Below, in pieces: positions 38,085 to 48,025 of a stretch of 64,000 nt of DNA. This DNA is from Thermoanaerobaculia bacterium (lineage in GTDB: Bacteria > Acidobacteriota > Thermoanaerobaculia > UBA5066 > Gp7-AA6): NCBI GenBank assembly GCA_041483715.1, contig JBGPGG010000001.1, forward strand, positions 8,936 through 72,935. The letters run 5' to 3'. The position numbers were made by a program, and so were the translations under genes. The notes beneath the pieces were generated by a model that made no database searches, was not told the origin of the DNA, and worked only from the letters and a program-made list of their open reading frames with translations. Position 1 is the first letter of the stretch. Every line of letters starts with the position of its first letter.

Positions 38085-39061
38085 AGCCCGAAGACCGGTT
38101 CGTCGAGAAGCTCCGCGCGCTCCTGCCCGACAGCGACGCCGTTCTCGGTCTGGGAGACGACGCGGCCCTCGTCCACCGCGACGCGGGCCTGCTGGCCGCG
38201 ACGACGGACCTGCTCGTCGAGGGCGTGGACTTTCTCCCCGGCGAGGACCCGGAGCGGCTCGGCCGGCGCGCGGCCGCCGTGAATCTCTCGGACCTCGCGG
38301 CGATGGGAGCGTGCCCCGAGTTCTTCCTGCTCTCCATCGGCTTCCCGCCGGACAAGGGCGAGGACTATCCGCTTTCGATCGCCCGGGGCGCCATCGCCCG
38401 CGCGGGCGAATTCGGCGCGCAACTCGTGGGCGGCGACCTCTCGGCGGCGCCGCAGACGGTGGTGTCGGTGGCGCTCTGGGGAAGGCCGGCGGGGCCGCCC
38501 CTCACCCGCGCGGGCGCTTCGCCGGGCGACGTCCTCTACGTCTCGGGCCATCCCGGCGAGGCGGCCGCGGGCTTGCGGCTCGCCCGCCAGCGCGTCGCGG
38601 GGCTGACGCCCGAGCAGGAGCGCCGGCTGCTCGACGCCTTCCACGATCCCCTGCCCCGCATCGCGCTCGGCGCGGAGTTGTCGCGGCAGCGGCTGGCCAC
38701 CTCCGCGATCGACGTCTCCGACGGGCTCGGCGTGGACGCCGCGCGGCTCTCCCGCGCTTCGGGAGTGCGTCTCGTGCTCGAGAGAAGCCTACTCCCGGCA
38801 TCGGAGGCGCTGCTCTGCTTCGCGTCGAGGGCAGAGCTCGACCCTCTCGAGCTCATGCTGTCCGGGGGCGACGACTACGAGCTGCTGTTCACGGTCCCCG
38901 CGGCGGAGCAGGTGCGCCTCGGGGAGCGGGCCGCCGATTTCGGCGTCCCGGTGGCGCGCATCGGCCGCGCCGAGGAGGGCTCCGGCGCGGTGCTGTCGGA
39001 CGGCGGGGCCGAGCGCGACATCGCCGGCCTCGGATACGATCACCTCGAGGCGGCCCGATGA
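38081..39061 (+). CDS. thiL: Thiamine-monophosphate kinase (AIR synthase-related fold)
   Basis: GTG overlaps the lon stop (GTGA). GDDAALV, DLLVEGVDF, NLSDLAAMGA signature motifs. Confidence 0.8.
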   Translation: MKPEDRFVEKLRALLPDSDAVLGLGDDAALVHRDAGLLAATTDLLVEGVDFLPGEDPERLGRRAAAVNLSDLAAMGACPEFFLLSIGFPPDKGEDYPLSIARGAIARAGEFGAQLVGGDLSAAPQTVVSVALWGRPAGPPLTRAGASPGDVLYVSGHPGEAAAGLRLARQRVAGLTPEQERRLLDAFHDPLPRIALGAELSRQRLATSAIDVSDGLGVDAARLSRASGVRLVLERSLLPASEALLCFASRAELDPLELMLSGGDDYELLFTVPAAEQVRLGERAADFGVPVARIGRAEEGSGAVLSDGGAERDIAGLGYDHLEAAR

Positions 39062-39666
39062 GTGAACCGCAGACGCCCGGTACCGGCGCGACGACCCGCA
39101 AGCGGCACAAGTCGCTCAAGCGCCGCAGGCTACAGTTCCTTCTCGAGCTAATGGGGCGCGCCGAGGCGCCCGAGCGCGTCGCCGCCGCGGTCGCCCTCGG
39201 AGTCGGCGTGGGGTTCTCGCCCTTCATGGGGTTCCACTTCTTCGTCGCGATCCTCCTCGCCTTCCTCTTTCGGCTGAACAAGTTCGACGCCGTGCTCGGC
39301 TCCTTCGCGGGGAACCCGTGGACGCTGCCTCCCGTCTACGCCATGGGCTACCGGCTCGGGCGCGCCGTGCTCGGCTATCCGCCGGCCGGCGTTGCGCCGC
39401 TCCAGTGGCAGCGGATCCTCCACCACGACTTCTGGCTATCGTTCCGCGGCCCCGCCCTCGGGCCGCGCCTGGCGTCGTTCCTCGTCGGGACAACGATCCT
39501 CGCCGTGGCGGCGGGGCTGGGAACGTACCTGCTCGCACGGGGGTTCCTGAAGCTCTACCACCGGCGCCATCCGCGTGTGGGCGCGCGCGCGGCCCGCCGG
39601 CGCGAGCGGGTCGCCGGGCGTCCGCCGGAGGAAGTCGAGATCCGACCCGACGAGCGGGTGCACTAG
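39058..39666 (+). CDS. DUF2062-type small membrane protein
   Basis: ATG overlaps the thiL stop (ATGA). Basic N-terminus then 3-4 TM helices (GFSPFMGFHFFVAILLAFLF...). Confidence 0.6.
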   Translation: MSEPQTPGTGATTRKRHKSLKRRRLQFLLELMGRAEAPERVAAAVALGVGVGFSPFMGFHFFVAILLAFLFRLNKFDAVLGSFAGNPWTLPPVYAMGYRLGRAVLGYPPAGVAPLQWQRILHHDFWLSFRGPALGPRLASFLVGTTILAVAAGLGTYLLARGFLKLYHRRHPRVGARAARRRERVAGRPPEEVEIRPDERVH

Positions 39667-39678
39667 CTAGAGCAACGG

Positions 39679-41529
39679 CTATCGGGGCGGTCCCGAGGGT
39701 TGCAGCTCCTTCATTTTCTCGAGCGCGGGCTTGTAGCGGGGAGCAAGACGCAGGAGTTCGCGCACCTGCGCGCGGGCGTCCTCGCGCAAGCCGCTCGCGG
39801 CAAGCCAGTCCGAGTACCCGAGACGCGAAGGCAGCGAGCCCGGATCGATCGCGAGCGCCCGTCGCCAAGCGTGGAGCGCTGCCGGCCGCTTCTCGGCCGC
39901 GAGGAGCAGGGCCATGCGGTACGCCAGCGGAAGCGACTGCGGGTTGTGGTGCAGGCCCTGCCGGTACGCCTCTCCGGCGCCGGCGCGGTTGCCCAGCTCT
40001 TCGCGCGCAAGCCCGACGCCGTACCAGCCGTTCTCGTAGGTGGGCACGAGCCGCAGCGACTCGGCGTACGAGCGTTCGGAGGCCCCGAGGTTGCCGAGCG
40101 TCCTCTCCACGCGGCCCTTCCCCGCCCAGGCGTCCCAATAGCCGGGGTAAATCTCAGTGGCCCGCGTGTAGTGCTCGAGGGCAAGCCGCGCATTGCCCGC
40201 CTCCGCCGACATGTAGGCGAAATCGTAGTGGGCCTTCGCGCTCGCGGGAGATACGCGCACCATGTTCGTGAAGAGCGCCGCGTCGCTCGCCCACACGGGG
40301 TTGCGGACGAGCGTCCGCGCCGCGAGCAGAAGAGCGAGGGCCGCGAGCAAACCAGCGCGCCGCGGGCCGAGGGCCGCGAGGTCCGGGGCGCGGCCGGCGA
40401 TCCAGGAGGCGACGATCAGGCAAAAGCCCGCCGACGGAAGGTAGGCCAGGCGCTCCGCGAAAATCGTCCCCGTCGGAAAGAGCAGGTTCGACGTCGACAG
40501 GGCTGCGAGGCACAGAAATAGGAAGCCCAACGCAGTCACCGAGCGGGATCGCAGCCGCGCGAGCGACGCAACGACGAGCACTGCAAGCAGGACCGGCGCC
40601 AACCAGAAGAGAACGTCGCGCAGGCAAAGCATGTGGATGGACCACGCCGATTCGTCGGAGGAAAGACGCAGCGGCAGCGCCATCCTCCCAAGGGAGCGGA
40701 AAAAGAGCGCGGAGGCATTCGCGGCGCGGGGCAGCAGCGCGAGTGGCGCCAGAGGGTTCTCGAGCTCGAAGATGCCCGTGCCGCCCGCCCTGATCGCGCC
40801 GCCGAGCACCAGGGAGCGCAGACGAAAGACGGCGAGGAGAACGGCGGCCGCGCCGGCGTAGACCGGCAAACCCCGGTCGAGCGCCGCGCGAAGCCGCGCC
40901 GCAAGGCTACCGTCGGCGCGCCACGCGAGCAGCAGGAAGAGAAGCCCGGGCGCGACGGCCGCACTCTCCTTGGTCAGGTTGGCCAGCAGGTAGAGAACAA
41001 GGGCCACGCCGACCGCAAGCACGCGCCGCCCGATTCGGTCGATGAAGCGCAGGGAAAGAAGGAGGAAGCCGAGAACCAGCGCCGCCGCCTGCGTCTCTCC
41101 TCGTCCCACGACGCTCGTGACGGCCTCGACGTGGATCGGATGCACCGCGAAGAGAAGGGCGGCCCCGATCGCCACGGGGGGCGGCAGATCGATCCGCAGC
41201 AAGAGCCGCGCGTAGAGCAGCGTGACCAGGACGTGGAAGAGCAGGTTGACGGCGTGGTACGCGACGGGGTTGCCGCCGTGAACCCACCATTGGGCGGCGT
41301 AAGAGAGCAGCAGCGCCGGCCGGTAGGCGGTGCCCGTGCCCCGCTTGCCGCCGAAGTACTGCGTCGTGAGGACCTCGTCGATGCGCTGCGGGCTCCGGAT
41401 CCTCGGATTGTCGCGGACGATCGCCTTGTCGTCGTAGGCGAAGGCGCCGGTCAGGCCGTTGGCGTAGGAAAGAAGACACGCGCCCGAGAGCAGGAGCGCG
41501 GAGGCGAGCCGGAGGCGTCCCGAGCTCAC
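39679..41529 (-). CDS. Polytopic membrane glycosyltransferase-like protein with C-terminal TPR repeats (PMT_2/TMTC-like)
   Basis: ~11 TM helices over ~400 aa, then TPR repeats ([36 protein letters not shown]...). GTG start overlaps the stop of the mini-SdaA ORF (GTGA). Confidence 0.65.
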   Translation of the reverse strand: MSSGRLRLASALLLSGACLLSYANGLTGAFAYDDKAIVRDNPRIRSPQRIDEVLTTQYFGGKRGTGTAYRPALLLSYAAQWWVHGGNPVAYHAVNLLFHVLVTLLYARLLLRIDLPPPVAIGAALLFAVHPIHVEAVTSVVGRGETQAAALVLGFLLLSLRFIDRIGRRVLAVGVALVLYLLANLTKESAAVAPGLLFLLLAWRADGSLAARLRAALDRGLPVYAGAAAVLLAVFRLRSLVLGGAIRAGGTGIFELENPLAPLALLPRAANASALFFRSLGRMALPLRLSSDESAWSIHMLCLRDVLFWLAPVLLAVLVVASLARLRSRSVTALGFLFLCLAALSTSNLLFPTGTIFAERLAYLPSAGFCLIVASWIAGRAPDLAALGPRRAGLLAALALLLAARTLVRNPVWASDAALFTNMVRVSPASAKAHYDFAYMSAEAGNARLALEHYTRATEIYPGYWDAWAGKGRVERTLGNLGASERSYAESLRLVPTYENGWYGVGLAREELGNRAGAGEAYRQGLHHNPQSLPLAYRMALLLAAEKRPAALHAWRRALAIDPGSLPSRLGYSDWLAASGLREDARAQVRELLRLAPRYKPALEKMKELQPSGPPR

Positions 41530-41825
41530 CGGATCTGGTAGAGATCGTTCCGGATGCGGCAGCCTGTCGGGGTCATCGCCAGGCCGCCGTCGGCGGTCTC
41601 CTTCAGGGAGCGTGGCATCGCCTCCCCGATCTTCACCATCGCCTCGACGACTTCGTCCATCGGGATCACGCTCTCGACGCCCGCGAGCGCGGTCTGCGCC
41701 CCCGTCAGCGCGAGCATCGCCGTGAAGCCGTTACGCGCCACGCGCGACAGGCGGCATGCCCCCGCCGTGTGCGACGAAGAGGGGCCGACCATGACCGGAC
41801 CGACGATGTCGAGCAGCGAAATCAC
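41526..41825 (-). CDS. Miniature L-serine dehydratase-like protein (99 aa)
   Basis: [23 protein letters not shown] matches the SdaA N-terminus (E. coli [23 protein letters not shown]). C-terminal part ...[10 protein letters not shown] resembles the SdaA C-terminal KETSxGGLA segment. The ~350 intervening residues are absent. GTG start with no obvious RBS. Confidence 0.45.
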   Translation of the reverse strand: MISLLDIVGPVMVGPSSSHTAGACRLSRVARNGFTAMLALTGAQTALAGVESVIPMDEVVEAMVKIGEAMPRSLKETADGGLAMTPTGCRIRNDLYQIR

Positions 41826-41845
41826 GGGGGGAGTATAGGGTGGCT

Positions 41846-41965
41846 TTAGAGTCGAGAGGTCGAGAGTCGAGAGAGACGTACCGTCGCAAGAGTCTCCCGG
41901 TGCCCTTCGTCCCGACCCTTGACCCCTACCCCTGACCCTCGACCCTAAACCCTCGACCCTCCACC
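41846..41965. repeat. Heptad-repeat hairpin element (GTCGAGA / CCCTCGA family) at the 3' end of the sigma-54 activator gene
   Basis: AGAGTCGAGAGGTCGAGAGTCGAGAGAGACG - 40 nt - eight CCCTNNA(C) heptads (CCCTTGA CCCCTAC CCCTGAC CCTCGAC CCTAAAC CCTCGAC CCTCCAC). Encodes ...GGGSRV* of the activator. Confidence 0.75.
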
Positions 41966-44900
41966 CTTGCGCCGATCCGGCACCTTCAGTTCCCGGATCA
42001 GGTACAGCAGCGCCTGTCGGGACAGGCCGAGATCGCGCGCGGCGCGGCTGCGGTTGCCGCCGGTCCGGTCCAGGGCGTCGGCAATCAGGTCGCGGCGGTG
42101 CGCGTCAACCCGGGACCGGTAGTCGCCTGCGCGCGCCTCGGCGCGGCGCGCCCCGCGCACGGGCTCGGGCAGCAGCGCGAGCGTGACGAGGCCGTCCCCC
42201 TCGCAGAGAGCGGCGGCCTGGGCCATCGCGTTCTGCAGCTCGCGAACGTTGCCGGGCCACGCATGGGCGGCGATCGCCGCGCCCGCCTCGGGCGTCAGGC
42301 GAAGCGGCTCTCGGCCATACTCGCGCGCGTAGCGATCGAGAAAGTGCCTCGCGAGCAGCAGCGCATCCCGCCCCCGTTCGCGCAGGGCCGGAAGCCGCAC
42401 CAGCGCCACGTGGAGACGGTAGTAGAGGTCCTCGCGAAAGCGCCCGGCCTCGACGTCTTTCGCGAGATCCCGGGATGTGGCCGACACCACCCGGACGTCG
42501 ATCGGGCGCGCCCGGTTCTCGCCCACACGCCGGATTTCCCGCTCCTGCAAGGCGCGCAGGAGCTTCGGCTGGAGCGGCGCCGAGAGATCGCCGATCTCGT
42601 CGAAGAAGATCGTTCCTCCGTTCGCCTCCTCGAAGAGCCCCCGGCGTTCGCGTTCGGCGCCCGTGAACGCTCCCCGCGCGTGCCCGAAGAGCTCGCTCTC
42701 GAGCAGCGCCGCGGGAATCGCAGGAATGTTGACCGGCACGAAGAGCCCGGACGCCCGCGGCGAGAGCCGGTGGATGGCGCGGGCAACCGCCTCCTTGCCC
42801 GACCCCGACTCGCCGAGGACGAGCACCGTGACCGGCTGCGGCGCGAAGAGGGAGAGCCGTCGGTACGGCTCCCCCATCGCCGCATCCGAGGTCACGATGC
42901 CGAGCCGCCGCCATCCCTCGGAAGAGTCGGAGGGAGCGGCGTCGGCGGCCGGGCGGTACATCAGCGTCTCGAGCAGGAGCGCGACCGCGGCGCAGGCCTC
43001 GGTCGGAGGACCCGGTGAGAGCGAGAGCGCGAACCGGGCGCCTCCCGCCTCGAGCGGGCGCCACTCTTCGTCGCCATTTGGCGGCTCCCCGAGGCGCACG
43101 AGCTCGCGCCCCTCGCCGTCGCGCACGGCCAGGCGCGAAAGACCGAGCGCCCGGAGGGCGGGCCCGGCGTCGCCGCCTTCGCCGCCGAGCCGCGCGACCA
43201 CGGCCTGCCGAAGGTCGCGGAGCGCGTCCTCGGAAATCCTGGCGCCGGAGGATTCGACGACGAGGCTCGCCAGCGCCGGGGCGCCCGCCTCGCGGAAAAC
43301 CGCGGCCGCGCGCTCCCGCAGCTCCCGGGGAACCCGCGTCAATCCGCCGAGGCCGCACCAGCGCGCGACCGCTTCGGCCGCCCGGAAGGGATCGCGCGCG
43401 AAAAGCGCGTCCATCTCGGCGAGGAGCCCGGCGGGCGTCTCCCCCTCGGGCGCCCGATCGAGCTCGGCCAGCCGCTCTCGCGCGACGCGGTCGCTGTCGC
43501 AGCGATCGGGCGGATCCGCCGCCGCCATCTCCCACGCGCGCCGCGCGCCGTCGCGGCCCCCCTCGTACGCGCAGCGGTCCCCCTCCTCGAGCCAGAGCTC
43601 CCCGATCTCGAGCCGGTCCCCGACGGACGCGGCGAGCCGGCGAGCTTCCGAGTTGTCGCGGGACGAGGCGGAGAGATCGCCCCGGCGCAGGGCCAGCCGC
43701 GATCGCTGGTGGAGCGCGACGAGCAGGCGCGGCAGGTCCTTCTCCTCGCGGGCACTCTTCTCGAGCGCCGCGATCTCGGGAGCGGCGCACGCGAAGGAGC
43801 ACCGGTCGAGCAGAAGCTCGATCCGATTGCTCCGCGCGATCCGCGAAAGGTCTTCCCGTCCGGCCGCGGCTGCGGCGACGATGGCGTCGCCGAGCGCCGC
43901 CTCGCTCCGGTCCGCTTGCCCGGAGTGGTAGAGCGTCGCCGCAAGATCGATCGAGAGCGCCGCGCGCTCCGCCGGTTCGTCCGCGGCCGCGGCAACCGCC
44001 TCTTCGAGCCGCACGAGCGCGCGCCCGTACTCCCGGCGGTCGAGGAGCCCCCGCGCCTCCTGGGCGAGGAAGCGCGCCGCCAGCCGGTCGTCGCCGGCGC
44101 CGAGCGCTTCCGGCCGCAGCGCCGCGTAGACGTCGGCCTCCTCGTCGAACCGTCCCGAGAGCGCGTAGACCTGCGCGCGCACGAGCGCCGTCTCCAGGCG
44201 CTCGCCAACGCCCGACTCCGCGCACGCGCGGTCCGCTTCCTCGAGCAGTCCGAGCGCGCAATCGGTCCGGCCCTCCCGCGCGAGGCCGATCGCTCCGAGA
44301 CGCAGCGCCCGGGTCGCCTCCCCGGCCGGGGCGTCGGGGTACTCCCTTCGCCACAGAGCGGCGCGCCGCGGAGCCTGTCCGGCCTCGCCCAGCAGAACGG
44401 CGACCTCGGCCAAACGCAGCTTCGCCCGGCGCCTCGTGTCCGCGTCCGACGCGCCGTCCCGAACGATCCGATCCAGCCGCGCCTTGGCCTCGGCGAGCCG
44501 CCCGCCCGCGATCTCCCGCTCGGCCTCCAGAGCGGCGAGCCACGGCACGAAGGCTTTGCCGACCTCGGCCGCAAGGCGCGCCGACAGTGAGAACCACGCC
44601 TCCGTGCGGGCCTGCGGAACGCTCTGGATCCAGAGCTGTGCCTCCTCGAGCGCCCTGTCCCGGCGTCCGGAGGCGAGGAGCAGCTCGATGCGGGCGCCAG
44701 GATCGTCGGCGCGGTCGGCCGAGTGCTTGCGTGTTCGGCCCGCACGCATGTGCGCCGCGCCCGCCGCCGCCTCGCCGGTCCGGGCCGGCAGCGGCGCGTC
44801 GCCCGTCGCGTCGGCGACGAAGGGGGCGAACCCGGGCGAGGAGAGGATCTCCCGCGCGCGCCCGACCGCGCCGCGCGGATCGGCCTGCGAGACTTCCGCG

Positions 44901-45877
44901 AACCACTCGCAGAATCGCACCGAGGCCGTGATCGTGCCGCACGGAACCCAGAGCGCACGGCGCCAGCCGTCGGGACCCGACGGGGCGGGCAGTTCCTCCG
45001 GAATCGCGACCACCTCGACGCGCTCTGCCAAGGCCAGCCGCGCCGCGTCGAAGCCGCGCCGCGAGAGCGAGTCCCACCGCTCGGGCGCAACGGCGATCCA
45101 GACCGGACGCCGGCCACCCGGAACGCGCGCAGCCTCCTCGCGCAGGCGGCGGCTCGCTTCGGCGGCCCCCCGCGGCGGCGGGCGGAGACCGAGAGCCGAG
45201 CCGGGACTCACGGGCGAACCCGCGACCTCGAAGATCCGGGGCTCCAACCCGAAAAGCAGGGCACGCGCCTTTTCGGACAATGCCCGGGCGCGAGCCGAGC
45301 GCAGGGCACGGTCGGAAAGGCCGAGGCAGCGCTGCCGCGCCCCCGCCGCTGCCGGAAGGCCGAGCTCCGGAAAGGCCCGGAAGGCGCCGGCCACCCAGAA
45401 CTCGGCGCGGCGCGCAGCCGCATCGGCGGCGTGGAGATGCTGCAGAAGCGTCCGGACCGCGGGCGACGTGATACGCCCGCCGCGCTCGAAGAGCCGATGG
45501 AGCAACGCTGCCAGCGCCTCCGCCGGATTGCCCGGCGTCGAGGGACAGCCGACGGCCTCGGGCGTCCGCGCGAGCCACAACCGGGCCGTGCCCGAGCAGA
45601 GCTCCCACCGCGCCTGCCCGAAGTCACCCGGGGCGAGGATGAATCCGCGAGCCGCAAAGAATGCCGCGGCCGCGGCCCCCTGCAGGAAGAGTTGCGCCGC
45701 CAGAGAGCGCGGAACGCGCCCGTCCGCGATGCGTCTTCCCGCGGCCGGCCCCCTCCATACGACGAGGTCGTCGCCATCGCGCCCGAAGTCGCGCACCGGG
45801 TCAAGCGTCTCGTGCTCGAGCTCGAGAAACTCGAGCCAACGTTCGCGGCTGGCGGCGATCGGGAATCGCTCGGGCAC
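41945..45877 (-). CDS. Sigma-54-dependent transcriptional activator (EBP) with ~950-aa N-terminal Ala/Arg-rich TPR-like region
   Basis: C-terminal sigma-54 interaction AAA+ domain (GESGSGKE Walker A, GAFTGA motif, GNVREL) and Fis-type HTH ([24 protein letters not shown]). No receiver, GAF, PAS or FHA domain recognised N-terminally. Stop TAG lies in the heptad-repeat element. Confidence 0.75.
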   Translation of the reverse strand: MPERFPIAASRERWLEFLELEHETLDPVRDFGRDGDDLVVWRGPAAGRRIADGRVPRSLAAQLFLQGAAAAAFFAARGFILAPGDFGQARWELCSGTARLWLARTPEAVGCPSTPGNPAEALAALLHRLFERGGRITSPAVRTLLQHLHAADAAARRAEFWVAGAFRAFPELGLPAAAGARQRCLGLSDRALRSARARALSEKARALLFGLEPRIFEVAGSPVSPGSALGLRPPPRGAAEASRRLREEAARVPGGRRPVWIAVAPERWDSLSRRGFDAARLALAERVEVVAIPEELPAPSGPDGWRRALWVPCGTITASVRFCEWFAEVSQADPRGAVGRAREILSSPGFAPFVADATGDAPLPARTGEAAAGAAHMRAGRTRKHSADRADDPGARIELLLASGRRDRALEEAQLWIQSVPQARTEAWFSLSARLAAEVGKAFVPWLAALEAEREIAGGRLAEAKARLDRIVRDGASDADTRRRAKLRLAEVAVLLGEAGQAPRRAALWRREYPDAPAGEATRALRLGAIGLAREGRTDCALGLLEEADRACAESGVGERLETALVRAQVYALSGRFDEEADVYAALRPEALGAGDDRLAARFLAQEARGLLDRREYGRALVRLEEAVAAAADEPAERAALSIDLAATLYHSGQADRSEAALGDAIVAAAAAGREDLSRIARSNRIELLLDRCSFACAAPEIAALEKSAREEKDLPRLLVALHQRSRLALRRGDLSASSRDNSEARRLAASVGDRLEIGELWLEEGDRCAYEGGRDGARRAWEMAAADPPDRCDSDRVARERLAELDRAPEGETPAGLLAEMDALFARDPFRAAEAVARWCGLGGLTRVPRELRERAAAVFREAGAPALASLVVESSGARISEDALRDLRQAVVARLGGEGGDAGPALRALGLSRLAVRDGEGRELVRLGEPPNGDEEWRPLEAGGARFALSLSPGPPTEACAAVALLLETLMYRPAADAAPSDSSEGWRRLGIVTSDAAMGEPYRRLSLFAPQPVTVLVLGESGSGKEAVARAIHRLSPRASGLFVPVNIPAIPAALLESELFGHARGAFTGAERERRGLFEEANGGTIFFDEIGDLSAPLQPKLLRALQEREIRRVGENRARPIDVRVVSATSRDLAKDVEAGRFREDLYYRLHVALVRLPALRERGRDALLLARHFLDRYAREYGREPLRLTPEAGAAIAAHAWPGNVRELQNAMAQAAALCEGDGLVTLALLPEPVRGARRAEARAGDYRSRVDAHRRDLIADALDRTGGNRSRAARDLGLSRQALLYLIRELKVPDRRKGGGSRV

Positions 45878-45958
45878 ACCCGTGGCGCTGTGCGTATCGA
45901 TGGGGCCCTCCGTGTCTCTGCCTCTGTATTGTCGCGAGACCAGACGGCCGGCAGGAGG

Positions 45959-47239
45959 TCAACGGATCGCGAGCGCCTCGAGGTCCCGGAAGAAGCCGGG
46001 ATAGGACTTCGCCACGCAGCCGGGGTCCTCGATGAGAAGATTCGGCAGGCGCAGCGACAGCAGGCCGGCCGCCATGGCGATGCGGTGGTCGCGAAAGGTC
46101 GAGAGGCGTGTCACCGCGCCCGCACCGCCGGTCGCCGGTCCCGTGATCACGAGCGCGTCCTCGTCCGCTTCGGCCTTCGCGCCGACCGCGCGAACGAGCG
46201 CCGCCAGGGCCGCCAGCCGGTCGCTCTCCTTCAGGCGCAGGTGCCCGACCCCCGAAAAGACGCTCTGCCCCTGCGCCAGAGCGGCAAGGGCGGCGAGCGA
46301 GGGCACGGCGTCGGGAAAGTCGGTGGCCTCGACGGACACCGCCCGCAGGTCATCGCGTCGGGCCGAGGCCGTCAGGCGGCCGGGCCCGGAGGCGATACGG
46401 ATCCCCATTTTCTCGAGCACCGGGACAGCGCCCGCATCCGCGTCGGCCGAGGGCCAGCGCAGGTCCTCGAGAGTCACCTCTCCGCCCGCGGCTCCCACGG
46501 CCGCCACGAGCGGCACGGCGGAGGAGTAGTCACCGGGCGTTTCGTATCTCCCGGCCAGCCGCGCGCCCCGCCTCACGGCAAAATCCCGGCCCGCCTCCAC
46601 GTCATGCCCGAACTCGCGGAGGACCTCGAGCGTCGTCGCGACGTACGGGCCGGATGCGATCCTCCCGGCGGGCCGCACGCGGAGACCGCCGTCCACGGCG
46701 ACCGCGGCGAGAAGGAGGGCGGAAAGAAACTGGCTCGAGCGCGCGGCGTCCACCACGACTTCTCCGGATCGCAGCGTGCCGCCCTCGATCGCAAGCGGAA
46801 GGCATCCTTCCATTCCCCGATACTCGATTCGCGCTCCCGCCGAGCGCAGCGCGGCGACCAGCTCCGCGATCGGCCGCTCGCAGAGCCGCGGTGAGCCGCC
46901 CAGCACGAAGCGCCCCGGCACCACCGCAGCCGCCGCCGTTAGGAACCGCGCGGCCGTTCCCGAGTCCGCGGCATCGAGCGCGATCTCCCGGTCCGGCGCG
47001 CCCCGAAGCGGCCCGGATACGCGCAGCCCCTCCCGCGTCGGAACGATCGCCGCCCCCAAGGACTCGAGGCAGCGCCACAGGGCGGCCGTGTCGTCGCTCT
47101 CGAGCGGTCGCGCGATCTCGACGGGGACCTCCGTGAGCGCCGCGAGCAGCAGCGCGCGGTTGGTCGCGCTCTTGGAGGGAGGAACATGGAGGGTGCCTCG
47201 AAGAGAACGTGCGGGCGGGAACGCGAGGAAGTCGCTCAC
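45959..47239 (-). CDS. aroA: 3-phosphoshikimate 1-carboxyvinyltransferase (EPSP synthase)
   Basis: GTG start gives MSDFLAFPPARSLRGTLHVPPSKSATNRALLLAAL... Canonical AroA motifs throughout. Confidence 0.9.
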   Translation of the reverse strand: MSDFLAFPPARSLRGTLHVPPSKSATNRALLLAALTEVPVEIARPLESDDTAALWRCLESLGAAIVPTREGLRVSGPLRGAPDREIALDAADSGTAARFLTAAAAVVPGRFVLGGSPRLCERPIAELVAALRSAGARIEYRGMEGCLPLAIEGGTLRSGEVVVDAARSSQFLSALLLAAVAVDGGLRVRPAGRIASGPYVATTLEVLREFGHDVEAGRDFAVRRGARLAGRYETPGDYSSAVPLVAAVGAAGGEVTLEDLRWPSADADAGAVPVLEKMGIRIASGPGRLTASARRDDLRAVSVEATDFPDAVPSLAALAALAQGQSVFSGVGHLRLKESDRLAALAALVRAVGAKAEADEDALVITGPATGGAGAVTRLSTFRDHRIAMAAGLLSLRLPNLLIEDPGCVAKSYPGFFRDLEALAIR

Positions 47240-47252
47240 GATGTCCGAAATC

Positions 47253-47957
47253 TCACAGCCCAACGAGCTTCGTCGTCCCGTCCTCCCCGATCTCCATCCA
47301 CCTGCGCTCCTCCACGAAGGCGGGCAGGATTTCCACGCGGCCGCCTTCGAAGTCGTCCGTCCAAACCTTGTGAAAGTGGCCGAGCAGGAGGACGTCGACG
47401 CCGCCGCGGAAGCGCTTGCCCGCAAAGGCCCGGATCATTTCGACCGGCAGCCGGGACTTGTGCTTGAAGTTCGAACGGCCCAGGCGCCCCTCGACCCTCG
47501 ACACGAGGCGGTTGCCCATGCCCTTCGGCACGAAGTCGAGCGCGGCGCGGGAGAGCGCGTTCTTCGAGAGGAACCGCCAGAAGCGGTAGGGCCGGTCCCG
47601 CTCGTTCAAGAGGTCGCCGTGCGTGGCGAGAAACCGACGGCCGCCCGCTTCGAACGTCTCCTCGTCGCACACGGACCGGAAAGCGCTTTCGGCGTACGAA
47701 CCGCGCAGGAAGAAGTCCCGGTTGCCCTCGACGTACGTCACGGCGACGCCCGCCTCCTTGAGGCGGCGCGCGGCGTCGAGGAACCGCCGGATCGCGGCCG
47801 TTTCGAACTTGGGGTGCGCGATGAAGAAATGGAAGATGTCGCCGAGCAGCGTGATCGCCCGGGCCCCCCGCTTCTGCGCGGCCTCGAGCGCGGCGAGGAA
47901 CGGCTCCTCGTCTCCGGGGCGGCGCCCCACGTGGCAATCGGCAAAGACCGCGCGCAT
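47253..47957 (-). CDS. lpxH: UDP-2,3-diacylglucosamine diphosphatase (LpxH-type metallophosphoesterase)
   Basis: Aligns with E. coli LpxH: FADCHVG/IADLHL, LGDIFHF/LGDLFEAW, EGNRDFFL/HGNRDFLL, THGD/MHGD, GHFH/GHTH. Confidence 0.8.
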   Translation of the reverse strand: MRAVFADCHVGRRPGDEEPFLAALEAAQKRGARAITLLGDIFHFFIAHPKFETAAIRRFLDAARRLKEAGVAVTYVEGNRDFFLRGSYAESAFRSVCDEETFEAGGRRFLATHGDLLNERDRPYRFWRFLSKNALSRAALDFVPKGMGNRLVSRVEGRLGRSNFKHKSRLPVEMIRAFAGKRFRGGVDVLLLGHFHKVWTDDFEGGRVEILPAFVEERRWMEIGEDGTTKLVGL

Positions 47958-48025
47958 CGGCGCTACGATAGCCGAGATCGAGGGTGGGCGGGAGCGCGGC
48001 TGCCCCGCACTAGAATACGGCCTTC

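Noticed and set aside
42105-45608. 1167-aa alternate-frame ORF and the +-strand ORFs 42477..43931 and 43015..44931 overlapping the sigma-54 activator
   Set aside because: Arg/Pro/Gly-rich with no motifs. The frame carrying GAFTGA and Walker A is clearly the real one.
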